From Tubiluchus corallicola (taxonomy: Eukaryota > Animalia > Priapulida), in the NCBI GenBank assembly GCA_030141605.1, contig JAQGDQ010000134.1, positions 467,043 to 531,042 on the forward strand: DNA of 64,000 nt, given 5' to 3'. The notes under the pieces were generated by a model. That model did not search any database. It was not told the origin of the DNA and worked only from the letters and a program-made list of their open reading frames with translations. The position numbers and the translations under genes were made by a program. Below are positions 41,401-56,400 of the stretch, piece by piece; positions within the stretch are counted from its first letter, which is position 1, and every line of letters begins with the position of its first letter.

Positions 41401-44400
41401 GCACTAGTGCTTATTTTGCTTAATGGTTAATCCAGGCTAATGCTTGTTCAGTCAGTGCTGAATGTGACTAGTTTGTTCCATCATGAGAGAGAAATATTCT
41501 CATAACAGGTATGGAAGAAAATGATGACTGTTGAAACACACCCCCCCCCCGGCTTCTTTCCCGAAAGACTTGAACTTACGGCCTTTTACCTAAAGGTAGA
41601 TGCACGAACAATCAGGTCGCTTACACAAGACAAAATGCCATAATTCTTGGAAAACTGTCTTCTGAATTCAGCCACATAAAATTATCATTAGTAATTATCA
41701 CAGCATCAAGGTTTTATGGGTCACCTTTCAATTGTATCTGAAGGTCGGTGCTTGTTTCACTTTTTACAGAATACGAAAAGCAAAGCAATAAAAGTTTTGT
41801 GATGTTTCTTTCATATTCTTAACGCCTTCATCAAACAGAATGCAAAGTATTTTACCTCTTCCAACAGATTTACTTTTGTAAGTTCAGATTGTATTCACAG
41901 TTTCACTGTGTACATTTCTATAATGCATTCAGAATCATCCCACACAATGCCATAAGATCTTGACGAAACAAAGCAAATATATATTTTGCACCTACACGCT
42001 TTGCGTAGTTATTTCATATTACCGATTTCAAAGACCAAGACCACAATTTTAATTATCTGACGTATAAGCTTTAGCTGGATAGTTATGAAAAAATTTTTTT
42101 AAAAGCTAACTGCTACAAAATGATGAGATCAAAGAAATGCGTCAATTGTGCATACGGTAAGCATACAAATCTTTAAAACCAGAGAGAGTCAAATAAAAGT
42201 CAGTCAGTTCTACACATGTTCAACAACTTGATTCTCTAGTTCATTAGATTTCTGACTGAGCAGTTGAATCAGAAGATGCGGTTGACGATACTGAAAAACT
42301 AGATGAACTTTTGCTAGAAAGTCAAAATAGCAAGTATCTTTAAAATGAATAATTTCTCATCCGAGTATAACTTCACGCTCCTGTCGAACGAAGTCATTTC
42401 CACTGGCCTTGAGAACCCTTTCACAAATCCCATCTACAAAAGTGGCATAATTGTGTTCACGCTTTCGCTAGTTGTACTCGACTTATTTGTCGTCAGAGCC
42501 ATCCTCTCAACAAAGACGCTGTGGAGTTCTGGAAATCTCCTCTTAGCAAACTTGGCCACTTCACACGCGTGCTTTGGAACATTTCAGATCTGCATGAACG
42601 TCCAGAGGATCATCTACCAAAAGTTTTCGTTGGCAAGTTGCTTTTTTAACATATTCTCGACGTACGCGTTTCTCTTATCGGGCATGTTAACCCACACGAG
42701 TATGACAATAGACCGTTACATAGCTATTGTCTACCCTCTTCATCACTCAATGATCTGTACGATCAATCGCATTAGAATAGTCATAGCTTGTCAGTGGATG
42801 TACTGCATCATCATTGGCATGTTGGCGATGATGCGGGTAATGATGGGTGAATCTGATGGCAAATTTGGAAACTGTATACCAACGAGGCACATATACCACG
42901 CATTCGCTCTATTCTATAGTGCACATTATTTTCTACTGCTCCTGGTATTGATGTTCGTTTACTCTCGCGTTTTCAATATTGTATTGCAACACAAAAAACG
43001 CGTAACACCGATGACTCATCTACCCGGGGCAGAGCAACAGTATTTCTCCACACGAAAAAGAATAAAAACGGCACTGTCCGTATTTCTGCTGACGTCTGTG
43101 ACAGTTTTTTCGCTATCGCCAACATTTGTGCACTCCATCTTTTATCATACTGGCAGATTGTCGAGTGCGTTTGGTGTCGCAAAGAAAGTAGCCAACATAA
43201 TGTTGGTGCTCACTGGTATCTTGAACATCTGTATCTACTTTTACAAAATTAAAGAGTTGAGGGGTATTTTGGCAAGATTATTATGTAGAAAGCCTCAAAA
43301 TAATGCCCAAGCCATCGTTGTTGTGGCAGCTATTGCACAAAAATAACATATTGCAATTGCAATTGCATATAATTAGGGTTAGGACGGAATATTTCATGGA
43401 CAACAGACGCAGTTTCCAAAGGCCAGTGTCCAAAGATGAAAAGAAGTTTTATGGTATTTGGAAAATCAGGACTCACTGCTAGAGAAATCTGGTAAAAAAA
43501 TTACAACGTAAAAGATCTTAAGGTACTTAACTCCCAAACAGAATGTACAGTAAGTCTTCATTTAATGACACTAATGCTTTTTTTAGCAAAACACAAGGTT
43601 AAACAAACCCTAGTTAAATTAAACCATGCTTTCTATAAAAAATAATGTAAAGGCACAGCCTAGGCAAAAATTAATAATGTTTAGGTAATATCAACCAACC
43701 AAGCATTTGTGAATTTTACTGGTCACATTTATGCAATTTATTAGTTTATTAAGAAGTAAAATCTTGAGGCAGTTGTCGCACAATTTTGCCTAAAATTACG
43801 GATCCGGTGATTTGGTAGACTTCAATTTTGTTTGTAATTAGAATCAGTAATTTGTAATTTCAGATATTACTTTTCCATATTACTTATGACACTATTCAAA
43901 AAATGAACTTTTTGTTTACTGCTTTTTGTAAATTGTATTTACAGTTAGCAGAGTCAAACAAACAACTCTGCTACTATCTGCTGCTTTCGCTCTTTCACAC
44001 ATGAAAAAGACACAACCCTTATCAGAACACACATGATAGCATTAACCTGTTTTAAAATGGCCCATTTCTTTTTGTTATGGATTTTTGCATCTGCTTCATG
44101 TATGCTCACTGATGAATTCCTTGTTGTGTTGTTTTAAAAGGATAGATGCAAATGCACTGCTGGTCTACAGCTTTTGGTGTTAAATAATAAAACGTAGCAT
44201 AGTTTTCCGTCTTATGTTTTTTGTTTGTTCATGGAATAAGCAACGTTAGGCATGTAACGCAAAGTTTCTAAACAACTATCATCAGACTTACGCAACTTGT
44301 TTAAAATTTAACTTTTTATATAGCAAATGTGGTCATTCACCATTGCGAATTCTCTATGTGTTTCATTAATATTTCTAATTCAATTCAACCTTGAAATTAT

Positions 44401-47400
44401 AAGATTCTAATAAAATCTTAACACCGTATCACATTTATCGTAAAATAAATGCTTTTGAAAAAGGTAATCAGTTGTTGAGAATGTTCAATATAATTCTATT
44501 AAAGGAAGTGAGTTGTCTAAACATGTACAATGTTAGTTTCGCAGAAACCAAATGTGGTAGATCTTGCGTATGCGCTCAGGTAAATTTTGTTGAAGCACGT
44601 TCACTTTGTCCAAGATTCAAACTCACTTCTCACCAACGCTACCTCATACTATTATAAATAAACCTATTTTTCATTTAATATTATATATTTGTGCTTACAG
44701 CAACTACCAAACAGGCATCTGAAAACTCAGTGTCAAAAACGTGACATGAAAATAAAAATTCATATACTGTGAAAGAAAGCTCTCAAGATCACTGAGTAAG
44801 GCTAGAATGACATCACAAAATGGTGATTATGCTTTCAACTAGACCATATATGAACATAGATGTAAGACTTAAATGAGATTCAACTAGCATGCACATTAAG
44901 AATGCATTTTTGAAGTACCGTATTATAGCACTGTTAGACTTAATATGTGCTAATTATAATAATAACTATATTGGTTAATAAAAAACCCATGTTATGATAC
45001 TAGGAACCATAGTTACAAGGCGTCTTTGCAGAATGCTATATAACCCATTTCATTTACATTTACATTCGAAGAATATAGTTAAAGTGACTTCTAAACCCAA
45101 AATAAAAGTCAGCACCCACTTAAGCAAAGAAATGAGTTTTATTCAGACACAAACATCTGCAACATTTCCACCAGTATGTGGCTGAATCTTTGCTTAAGTG
45201 GGTATTGACTGTTAGTTTCACTTTAAGAAATTGTTTTTCCCATCACCAATCAGTTTCTAAACCTTATGAAAAGTTATGATCAGTTCATCCTGAATGCTTT
45301 TAGCTTTTTGGCGATGAAAACTTTTCAGGGAATATAAAAAGTGCTCTACATACCAAAGTAAAACCTTTAATTCAGACAATTCATCCTTTGGTATAAAAGT
45401 CTGTAGTCCTTCTAACCAGTATGGCATAATGTAGTACCAAACTTCAAAACTAATAACGTCATAAGGAATCAAACAGAACAGACGATTCAGACCCTCTTTG
45501 ATCTTTTCCGTTGCCGTTGATAACGTATCCCTAAAAATAAATAAACATTTACATGACAAATAATGCAAATAAATAAAAAACATTTTTCGCAATATCAAAT
45601 ATACATTCAATAAAATTTAAATAACTGCAATAAAAGACAATTGTATGACAAATAACACATCAAAGTGCTAGACCTTTTTACAATCATTAGGCTAATAAAA
45701 ACTACCAGGCACCCTGATTCAAACCATATTTTTCTTGTTTAAAAGGACATAATTAATTCCAATGGACTGCCTCTTAAATGGAAAGTCCACATAGACATTC
45801 ACTTACTAAGTTACCCATTGTTATGTGCACCATTAAGAAGTCTTTAAGAAGCTTTACGTTTTAATAAAATTTCTCTAAATTGGCCAAGAATGGCAGCAAA
45901 CCCACACCAGCTTCACACCAAGTGCACAGACCATCTGGAACCTGACGAACTGTCACTTCAGAATTCACTTATTGAAAAAATACATTTAGTAAAGTTACAA
46001 CCACAAGAAAATAGCAGTAATTTAACAAATCAATCAAATAACTTAGAAAAGGCTTTTCTCAAACGGAAACTTTTGCTAGAGCGAACTCACCAGTGGCCAC
46101 CAACTCGTGCATATTCCGGTGGCTCAGGCAATAAACAGGAAACAAACACGTCAAAGTAATTTTTCCTGACAACCGACAGCCATTTGTAGATGTACTGCAA
46201 TGCAAGATAATCACATTCTAAAAAAATCTTTTTCAAATCTATATTTAAAATGAAAAGTGTGTTTGCTTATGTGTTGAAAATTCTACTGTAAAAACTTAAG
46301 AATGGGAAGATATTTATTTCCAAAATATTTACAGATAATAGTTATCAACTTTTTGTTATTATACTGGGATACTGTTTCGCTAACAAGGAGCAGATTGGTT
46401 AAAAAACTCAAATTTTCTTATTCGATGTCTACTAGATGTTCACCCATCAAGCAGAAAGGTGTCTTTAAATTTTGTTATAGTGCACTAGAGAATGTAATTT
46501 CTGCTCGTAAACATATTAGAATCTGTCCAGTCCAGTCTAAAAAACGCTGTAAAGAATAGTTTGCAGTGGCAATTTTTTCGCCTATTTCTTCAGCTACTAA
46601 ATTATAGTTAAAACAGCAAAGGTGATCTGTCACAGCCAACTATTTAAATTTATTTTGAATAGTTATTGTTTACATACTTTTTCAACAGTATCAACAAAAT
46701 CAAAATCTAAAAGGTAGTAAAACACAAAGGAAGGACACTTCTTAAGGGAAATGCATCATGCACTATTTCACAAACATTATCCCTGGTCACTTTTTAGGAT
46801 AAAAGATGTTACACTCATATCTCGGTTTGCCAGACCTCACTTTTATGGATATTGGAAAATTTGGACAGAATCTCGTGCATAGAAAGTCCCGCATACAATG
46901 GACACAGTCCGTTATTTCGCGAGCTCACAGCCAGCTGGCAGGCCGTCACTTTGTTTACATCCAAACAGCATGTAACGATACATGTGTAGCTAGTATGTCA
47001 GCGTGTTGAGTGGTTTAATCAGTGTGTGTAAATGATTCAGAGTCAATTGTGCAGAGTTATTTGAATCAATTGCCGACAGTTTTTATATACTTTTGCATAT
47101 GAGCAGCCCGTACTAGACGTTTTTCAGACATTGATTCTACATAACCCTGCGATTGATTCTACATAACCCTGAGTCTGACACATGGCGCCTACTACATTAG
47201 CTTAGTATCAGAAAATACGGACAATCAGCAAATTCGGATCGCCGTCTCCCCGCTTTTGTCCATCAAACCTAGATGAGTGTACTTATATAAATTAAATTAC
47301 TTAAATTTAAGATACCACAGGCCTACCTCTGTCTTCAAACTTTCCAGAGCTGCACCCACCATATCTGTAAAATAGAAATGAGAATATTAAAACACTGATG

Positions 47401-50400
47401 TATCTTTTCTAGCAACAATACATTGAGTTTCAAGGACTATGGTATTCCTTTTCATGCCTACCATGCTTTGTACTTCAAAAAGTCAAAAGAGGTCACACCT
47501 GGGCATTTCTCAATCGTGCATATCACTTACAAGTTCATCAGAAACAGAATTTCTCTGATCTATATCAGTTAACACAAAATGTTACACAAATCAAAAGTGC
47601 CTAAAAACCCTTGATTTTAGATTATAGTACACTTTGTATAATAAATCCACCTCCGTGAGAAGCTAAATGGATTTATTAACCGGCTAGATTTAAGTCACCG
47701 AAGAGACCTGCTAAGTTGCGTTTTCTATGTTATTTCAGTGCATATTTGTTTGTTTAACATAATTAGATCTCTAACCTTGTATTTGACTGACAATCTGAAT
47801 TGTAACATGTAAAACACTGTAAGTTAGACTGCCAATGATAAAAAATTAAACAAAAAATGCAAAAGTGTAAAATGTGTTTAGAACAAAGGTGCTGATCTAG
47901 CTCAAGTTAAAACACAAGACAATCATGCATTCTTACTTCACAATTTTCTCGTCTACACAAAGCACAAAATGGATTTATAAAGCAAAGCTTGGATTTAATA
48001 AACTGCAGATTTTAGTAGGTTAAAGCATTGTACAGTTCGGTTCCAGCCATAATGATCGCAATGAGAGGTTTGATTTATTACCCGTGGATTTATTAAGCGG
48101 ATTCTGCTGTATTTGATTTGTTTTTCACATCTGATAGGCATTAGCACTAATAATTTCCTAAAGATGTGGCTTTGCTTAACTGGAAATGCTCAACCACATG
48201 AGGTTTATCTGCAGGATACTAAAGTGGTGATTCTTTTTGCCACATTTTGCATCAGACTTTCACAGAGGTAAACAGTCAGAATCAGTACGGCGAATGAATC
48301 CACTGGGTCACTGAACGGGCATGGTGTGGATTAATTTCAGTTGTGAAGCACACACATGACAATTCGGCTATTCACCTCGATTGTCCTTGTTGTTGCTGCT
48401 GCTACTATGTTACTATGACTGATATGAAAATCTAAATAACAACAAGTAAATATAACACAAGAAAAATCAACGACATTACCATCTGGAAGACAGGCAGTGG
48501 CTTCATACCATTGAAAAATTACAGCTAGAAGTCGTCCAATTGTCTCCTGAAAAACAAGATGACATCAGGTGTGCATAAGTTGTATACAGTATTCAAAATG
48601 ACACAATGATGTAATCGGAGTATAATTGACATGCTGATATTTAAATCAACAAAAACATGAAGGGATACAAAAAATGGTTCTAAACGCCACACTTCATAAC
48701 TTCATAAATACGTGTGTAGAGATCTCTTTTTTGAGATAAAGCAGCGCCCTTGTCAATTACGTAATACCGAAGCCCACTTCTGGTTGAATGCTAACAAGAT
48801 AACAGAGTAGTTTTCACAAAAAAATCACTCAGAGAGCGGGAAACCGCACAGGCGATTATTTCACTATGCGGTTTCCCACATTATGTTCAAACAGGCCATA
48901 AAACCAATTGTTGTAGGCTGAAACATTATGAAAAATATACATCTTCATATGTTCACATACACATCTATACATCTTCATTAAAAACAATATACATGCAAGT
49001 GATTTTCTTCATACAAATGGTTTTTCAGAGAACAATGTAAACTTCAGTTGTTACTGGTAACAGAATCTCCATTCATTGTTGTCCTTGTGCACAATGTTTA
49101 GTTTTAGAACTCATTTGATTTACTAACATAAAAAGTACAAGAACTGAGCGAACAGCAGAAGATAAAGCAAATTCGAAATGACAGGCAATTCTATAGTGTA
49201 TTAAAAGTGTTAATACCTTGAGTTTATGTATTCGAATCTCTGGACGAGAAAAAATGGATAGGGTATGAACCTTTTTTTGTTTTCTGTCACCCCTTATAGT
49301 GATATTATATTATCAACTGATAGAGTATTTCACCACATGTAATACACATAGCTACACTACTGCTTCACAGGATTAGCCATATAACCTCAAACTACTAGAG
49401 ACTCTAGTTCAATCACAAAAACGGATAGAAAACTTGCCAAAAACGATCTAGTGTCTTTCTTTTAATTGAACCTACAATATGGCTTGTGGACTAGTATGCT
49501 ATGTGACAATATAGTTTAAAGTTTCTTTTTAAGTTTAACTATGACCACTTTTTCACCGCCTCAAATGTTTACAACGATTTGCTGGCAGGCTTTCAATTTT
49601 TTTCAATTCAATTCAATTCAAATTTATTGTTTAATATAATACTACACTAGCATGTTGATTTTCAGTAAAATCAATAATTTTCATAAGCAAACCTGGTAGC
49701 AAGATTACTATTAGTTAGAATGAAAATTAGAAAGAGACTGCAAAAAGCTAGAGTGTAGTATGTCATCTTTTTTTCATTTTTCTTAATGTACAAAAATGAA
49801 GTAAATGTGACGAAAAAAGAAATGACAGAGGCTGAAAAAATGGTCAACATGAAATATGAGCAACTGTAACACCAGTGAGAACAAGATTTCCGCTAAAAAT
49901 ACTTTTTAATTGGTAGACTACAATGTTATAATTACAAAAAACGACAGGGAAAAAGTGCCAATAGATTTTAAATTGAAGTACCAATGCTAATGTGACTAAC
50001 AAATATCTTGTTCCTATTCTGCAGATGTCTGCTATGATATCTATGTTAATAGTGGGTTTGTTAGTCATACAAGCAGTATCTCCTAGTGGGCATTACGATA
50101 ACTACAAGCAACTTGATGGGAATTCGAGAAAAATTCGAGAATCTGAAGAATTTGTGGACGTACGTAAGATGATCGGACAATGTCGAACTCAACGAAAGAG
50201 AACCGGCATTTCCAGACAAAATGAAAGGTCTAAAAACTGTGAAAAATGTGCAAATGATCCAGAGTTTGATCCGTCATCTTCAGAAGACGTTTCTACTCCA
50301 AAGGCTGACACAGAGTTGTCGATGCAAGAACAGAATACTTACGAAAAGTGCTGCAGTGCTGATGAAACACACGAGGCATGCGTTGACTTCTTAAAGGGCA

Positions 50401-53400
50401 TTGAATAAGTGCATAAAAGATTAATAGATGAATCTCTTAGATAGATAACCTTCGTAAGCTACATTTCAAATATGTAACATCGAAAGGCACTTTACTAATT
50501 TACTCATTTAATAGCTCATTTATTTATAAAATAGGCCCTATAATCAGTTAAAACAGCAAGTTAAAACATAACGAGTTCAATAAAATGGCTAGCAGTCATT
50601 TACAGCAATTGTTCATGCCTAAGATTATTTCTGCTGGCTATGTCATCATGTTTAATTTTGAATTTACTATGCCCAGAGTTTTCACAAAACATTTCAAGTT
50701 ACGATAACTTTGTGATCCTTTTAGACTACCAGAAATCCCCAATGATTCGTAAGTAAGTAAATGATGCGTTATTATGGTAGTCTAAACACATGTAAATGAT
50801 TCAGCTTTGGGTGAATACTAATGAAATTCAATTTGTACATTATTTGAGAGACACGCTTTCCCAACGACTTCTTTACCATGAGATACGCAATCAGACGCCC
50901 AAATTTTTTGCGTGTGACCTCTGCTTTTGTCTTTAAGTATAGTTTTAAGGCTTGATTACGAAGGCTTGATTACAGTAAAAATTATTTTCTTCAAAAGACT
51001 GCCTGTACATCCTTTCTGATTTATAGGGGATTTAGCTGTGGCCACTGAGAAGTACAAGCTAAAACAGTTCTTATGATAAACATGACACGTTTTCAAACAA
51101 GCAGCAAAATAGCAAAGTGAACCCACTCTAGTTGAGCTCACTGAAATTTTAAAATGAAGAAAATTATTACCAGCGGGATGCTAGCATTAGGTTGGCACAA
51201 CTGAACTATCAGCCAAATTCCATATCTACTGAGAAGCCTCCGCTCTTCCACTTTCTCTCCTTCGCCCGCCTCTTCTCCATCTACTTGCATGGACTGTCGA
51301 TGCTTCTCCTGCTCAGAGGTGGCCAGTAAGTCTAACCTGTGCTTGACCTCTACTTGAGCCTCTTTCATTAAACTGTGAAATTAAATACCAGTCAGAATTA
51401 GTAAGAACTTTTACAATTTAACAGATTCAAATTTGCTAGTGATTGACAATAGAATCAAGTATTGTATGAAGTAATGAAATGCACAGAACTTCTGTTTCTT
51501 ATGAAAAATTCTAAGTAGGGGTGAGCATTCTCTATCAGAAAGCGAATTCGAATCAAACCAAATTTCAGTATTTCGAATCCGAATCGAATTCGAATTGAGT
51601 TTGAAAGACTTTCGAATCAACAGTAAAAAGTGGTTTTACAAAGATCATGCATATTACTTGATTTTGTTCTGCAGTAAAACCACTATTAGTTTGTTAAAAA
51701 TTTTACACAGAAATTGCAGCTAAATTGTGTTAATTGCATGTTGTTTCAAACATTTTAACGACAAAGAATGTATGTGGCTGAAGTACTGAATTATTTGAAT
51801 CTATAATTTTAGGTTCGAATCGAAGTAAGTAATGTGTTTTAGCAAAGTGGTTTTACTGAAACTTTTTTCATCTGACAACTAAAAAATTTCCTCCACGACG
51901 AAAAGCACTAACTGTCTAGAACACCAAAGTTTTACATCAACTGAACTGGAAAAAAAGGTTACCGCTCCTAGAAATAACATAATTCAAAATGGCTGCTTGT
52001 CAAATAATCAAAGGACAGTTGAGAAGACACAGATAGATTTTCCGGCCCCTTACTACACAGTATTACACAGGGATTACACAGTACCTAAACCACCATTACA
52101 AGAGTCCACTTTTAGCCCTTAACATGACCAGTTGCTGTAGAATCAGACTCAATACATTTTTTAAGAAACTGGAACACCAACAAAATTACAAGAAAAGTTG
52201 TTGTAGAACAAGTGGCGCTACCTGACAATTGCTTCCACAAGATATCCTCTCAATTCGTTGTCACATTCCCAGATGGAAGGCAGGATAGCATGAAAAATAT
52301 GATCGCCGCCCTGGTGTTCATTGTGTCTATTATCGTGACATGTCTTGCAGTAGCGGATCGGACGGTTGCGGTTGTAACTAGCGCACTCAAACGAGAAGCA
52401 AGTTGAGAATCCAGTGCGGTCGGAAGACATGCAGTTTTTGTTCTCGCACTTGAGTGACACGTATTCCATCGGGAGAAGGATGTCAGCCAAGTACTCTGGA
52501 TGCTGCTGACGTACCTCGTCACAGCACACCTGGCAGAGAAATAATGGAGGTGGTCGCTCACCAAGTTCGATAGAGCAGGCTGGATCTATACACGTCTGAA
52601 ATGCATTAATAAGAATAAGAAGAATAATAAAAAATTTACTAGCCAAAACCCGAAAAAGAATGTTGCAAATAAACTCACAATAACCACCCACACCACACCA
52701 CCCACACATCACACCACACAACCACCCACCTCACTCCACTCACAACACACCACCCAAAATACTCCACACTTCTCACTCCATACCGCAACACAACACCACA
52801 CCTCACCATCCACACCATACCACAACACCACACCACGTACACCATAGCACACCACCTGCAACACATCACTCCAAATAACTTATTATTCGTATAGCACATC
52901 ACATCACGTGATCTCAAGGGGCTATTTAGAAAGTCTGTTATAATTTGCAATTACATATACAGTTATTATAAAATGAATCATTCTAATATCACAAAGCCAC
53001 ACTAATTGTAGTGCCATAAAATCAGTTTTAAAACCAATCGTTACAATTGTACCAATATACTCTACACTAATGTACAGATATTACTATGATCCATAATGCT
53101 GCCTAAACAGGTGTGCTTTTAAATGCTGCTTAAAATTTTGTAATGATGGCAATTGACACATTAGCCATATGTCACTTCATGAATTTTTGTGAAGCACTAA
53201 TGAAAGAATGTGTTAAAATCTTAGAAAAGAAAAGTACAAATTCATGCAAAATTTCATACCATTTATATACAAAAATATGTTGCAAAGTATAACATTAATT
53301 TCCATACAATTAATGTTATGAAAATTGTATCAGAATGTTCAAATATCTCACAAACAAAAAGCCACACTCACACAGCTCTACTGCATTAACTTCCTACCTT

Positions 53401-56400
53401 AGTCTGAACAAAAACATATTTTTTATTTTTGTTCAAAAACTCCACTGCATCAATTTTTTCAAACCAGCATTGTTAATGCAATCTAAATTTTGTTCTAACG
53501 TGTAAGACCTGCTATAGAAAATTGACTACTATTATTATTATTATTGGAGCAGTTGTTGTTGTTGTGATTATTTTTATTGTCACTGTTCAAGACTCCAAAT
53601 TCAATACAAATATACTAACTGCACAATAAATACGAAATAAATAAACTTACGAACTCAATGTAAATAAACTAACGGTTTTAGTTGCCGAATTAGCAAGGAA
53701 GCTGCTAAGAGCAAAAGTTCTACTTTGATCATATGGGATTCAAGTCAGCTAACAGTTAGAACTTAAAAAACGTTAAACTTATAATCTTTCAGATTTCAAA
53801 ACTCTCAGATTTGCTAATGTAACTTTGCAAGGAAAACCGATTGAACTCGAACATGAAGGAAAGTATCTTGGCCACATAATTAACGATAATTGTAAAGACG
53901 ATGCCGATATTTTAAATCAAATGCGCCTTTTTTACATTAGATTCGATATTCTTTGCAGAAATTTTAGTTTTTGCTCTGCTGATGTCGAACGTGTTCCGTT
54001 TAAATCGTATTGTTCAACTTTTTACCGTTTTAACTTCTGGATCACTTGTAATGTTGGTACTATTAGGAAATTAAAAGCGGCCTACTATTTTGCATTGACG
54101 AAGTTTTTTGCGTACCAGGGGCTTTAGGGGCACAACAGCATCGAGAATATGTGCCAAAAATGGCTGTAATCATTTTGAAGTCATTTTACGCAAAAATACT
54201 TTTAGCCTCTATACTTTAGCAATGAAGTCATACACAGTTTTATTCATAATACTGATGTCATTTTAACTTCGAATATATTTGCCCATTGGGAATATACACT
54301 TACTAGCCCTTTTTACATATATAGCTTACTAATTCTCTGTTCTTTGTGTAAATATTTATTTGTCCTGTAGAAATATTTTTATTGTGATTTGCAACTATTC
54401 TTTGTTTATTATTCTACTTTTATGGTACATTTTATGTAGTGAAGTAAAAATAAAATAAATAATAAATAATAATGAAAAGGTCCAGATTCACTTCCTAGCT
54501 TAGTCTGAACATAATCGTGTTTTTTATCTTCGTTCAAATACTTGAAAATTTTGGGTTTGCTCCATTATCTTGAATTTCATTATTATAATCCCTTAATATA
54601 AGTAATTCACTGCACCTTTAATTCATAAGCCTGTTTTGAAAACAACCACAATTCAGGTAATGTTAAACAAAAATGATGCACAAATAGTAAAAAAAAAACT
54701 GCACACACCTTCACTGCTTCAGTTTTGTCGGTGTTCATGCAGCTGTCTCTCTGGCATGTTATCGGTTTCCAAGCTGGAACAAAAATCAAACAGCTAAGTA
54801 ATCGACCTACTGATGCCTCAAGAACATGTCCGGAAGAGGATGAGACTCGGAAGATTATGCAGAATGTGTAATTTAGTCACACAAAACATGCAATACGTTA
54901 AATGCAGTATGTCTGGCACATTGGATTAAGGATGGGAGAACATTAAACAATTTTAGCCAGTAATTGTACTGAGGCATCAAAATATTAAAAACTAAATAAA
55001 CTCTTTACGTTAATAAAAACAACAATAACAACATAATCATAGGGAAAAACCTCTTTAGAGAGTCACTTTGCAAGCACGTAACCCAAAAATATATTTTCAC
55101 TTGATTAAAGAAAAAATGTTTCCAGAAAAAGAGGACATTTCTAGTACATTTCTCTGTATGCTGTATCGCTAGTTAATTATAGTTGATAAAGACCAGAACA
55201 TAAAATGCTTTTGTGTTGTTTGCAGGCTGTTTGCAAGCTCCAAATAGCATTTGTTTAGAAACAAACTTTAATCCCTCAATTTCTTACACATGTTTCTTAA
55301 ATTTTCCACATTAGCAGTGTTGTAAACATGTTTTGTTATTTTATAAGTGTAGCTACAACTTAGTTAGATCTACTATGTATAATTCTATATGCATCAGTAA
55401 TCTCGTGTTTATGTGTATAAAGTTTCGAGCCTAAAATCAAATACTAAGCTGAAGAAGCAGGGCTACAGATATCAGTATAAATTATGTAAATTATTCTGTC
55501 AGATTGAGAATTTTAATCATACGAACCAAAATGTTGACGTTCATCCAAATGAGTGCAAAGTAATACTTACCAACAAATTTATACTGCACTGCTTTGCGAT
55601 CCACTAGAGAACAGTACAAAGCCGGCCAATAATGAAACAACAGGTTTATAGCGGGTCCACGGGGCTGTGAAGAGCCATAGGCAATAACACACAGTATGTC
55701 CTGCAAGAATAATATAGAATTTAGTCATTTAAATACCATTAAAAGAAGTCATATAAATGATTATATAAAAATTGGTAACATAACCTATAAGAATTTTTGT
55801 ATCACTGATACTACCTATAACAAGCATACAACAGAAAATATACATAACTCTATTACAGCTGCAAAAATATGTAAGCAAACAAAACTAGCAACACTAAGTA
55901 ATGTACAGTATAGCTAAACAGCACAATAAGATGGTATACAAGTTTTTGTATTCTTTCTGACTTTTGTCCTAACTTTCATTATGTCTCCCAATGAGAAGTT
56001 CGTGTTTTAAATGTGTCACAAGATGTAGAAGTTATTAAAATTAATGCCAGATTGGTCCATAAAATATTTGAAAACAGGCCCGACTAAGATAACTCAGTGC
56101 AAGCCTGATTGAATGACCAATTGCAATACATGTAATTTTAAGTTTGTGATATGTTTGTATGTTGCTCTATTGTATGCGTTTCTGTGTGAGTAACTATTAT
56201 ACCACATACATGTGGTTTCTTTGTTTTGATGTATAATGTTTTTCTAAGTCTAGTTTTTCTTTGTCTCTTGTAATTTGCTTTGCTCAGTGGTTCAATAACC
56301 AAATAAATAAATAAATATATACTTATATATATATATACTTAAACAGCATAATATTTGGATATGCCCATAATGCAAGTATTCATCATATATTTGGATTTTT

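Noticed and set aside
52675-52950. V/W/C-rich ORF (also 63720-63938)
   Set aside because: Translation of the (TGGTG)n simple repeat.
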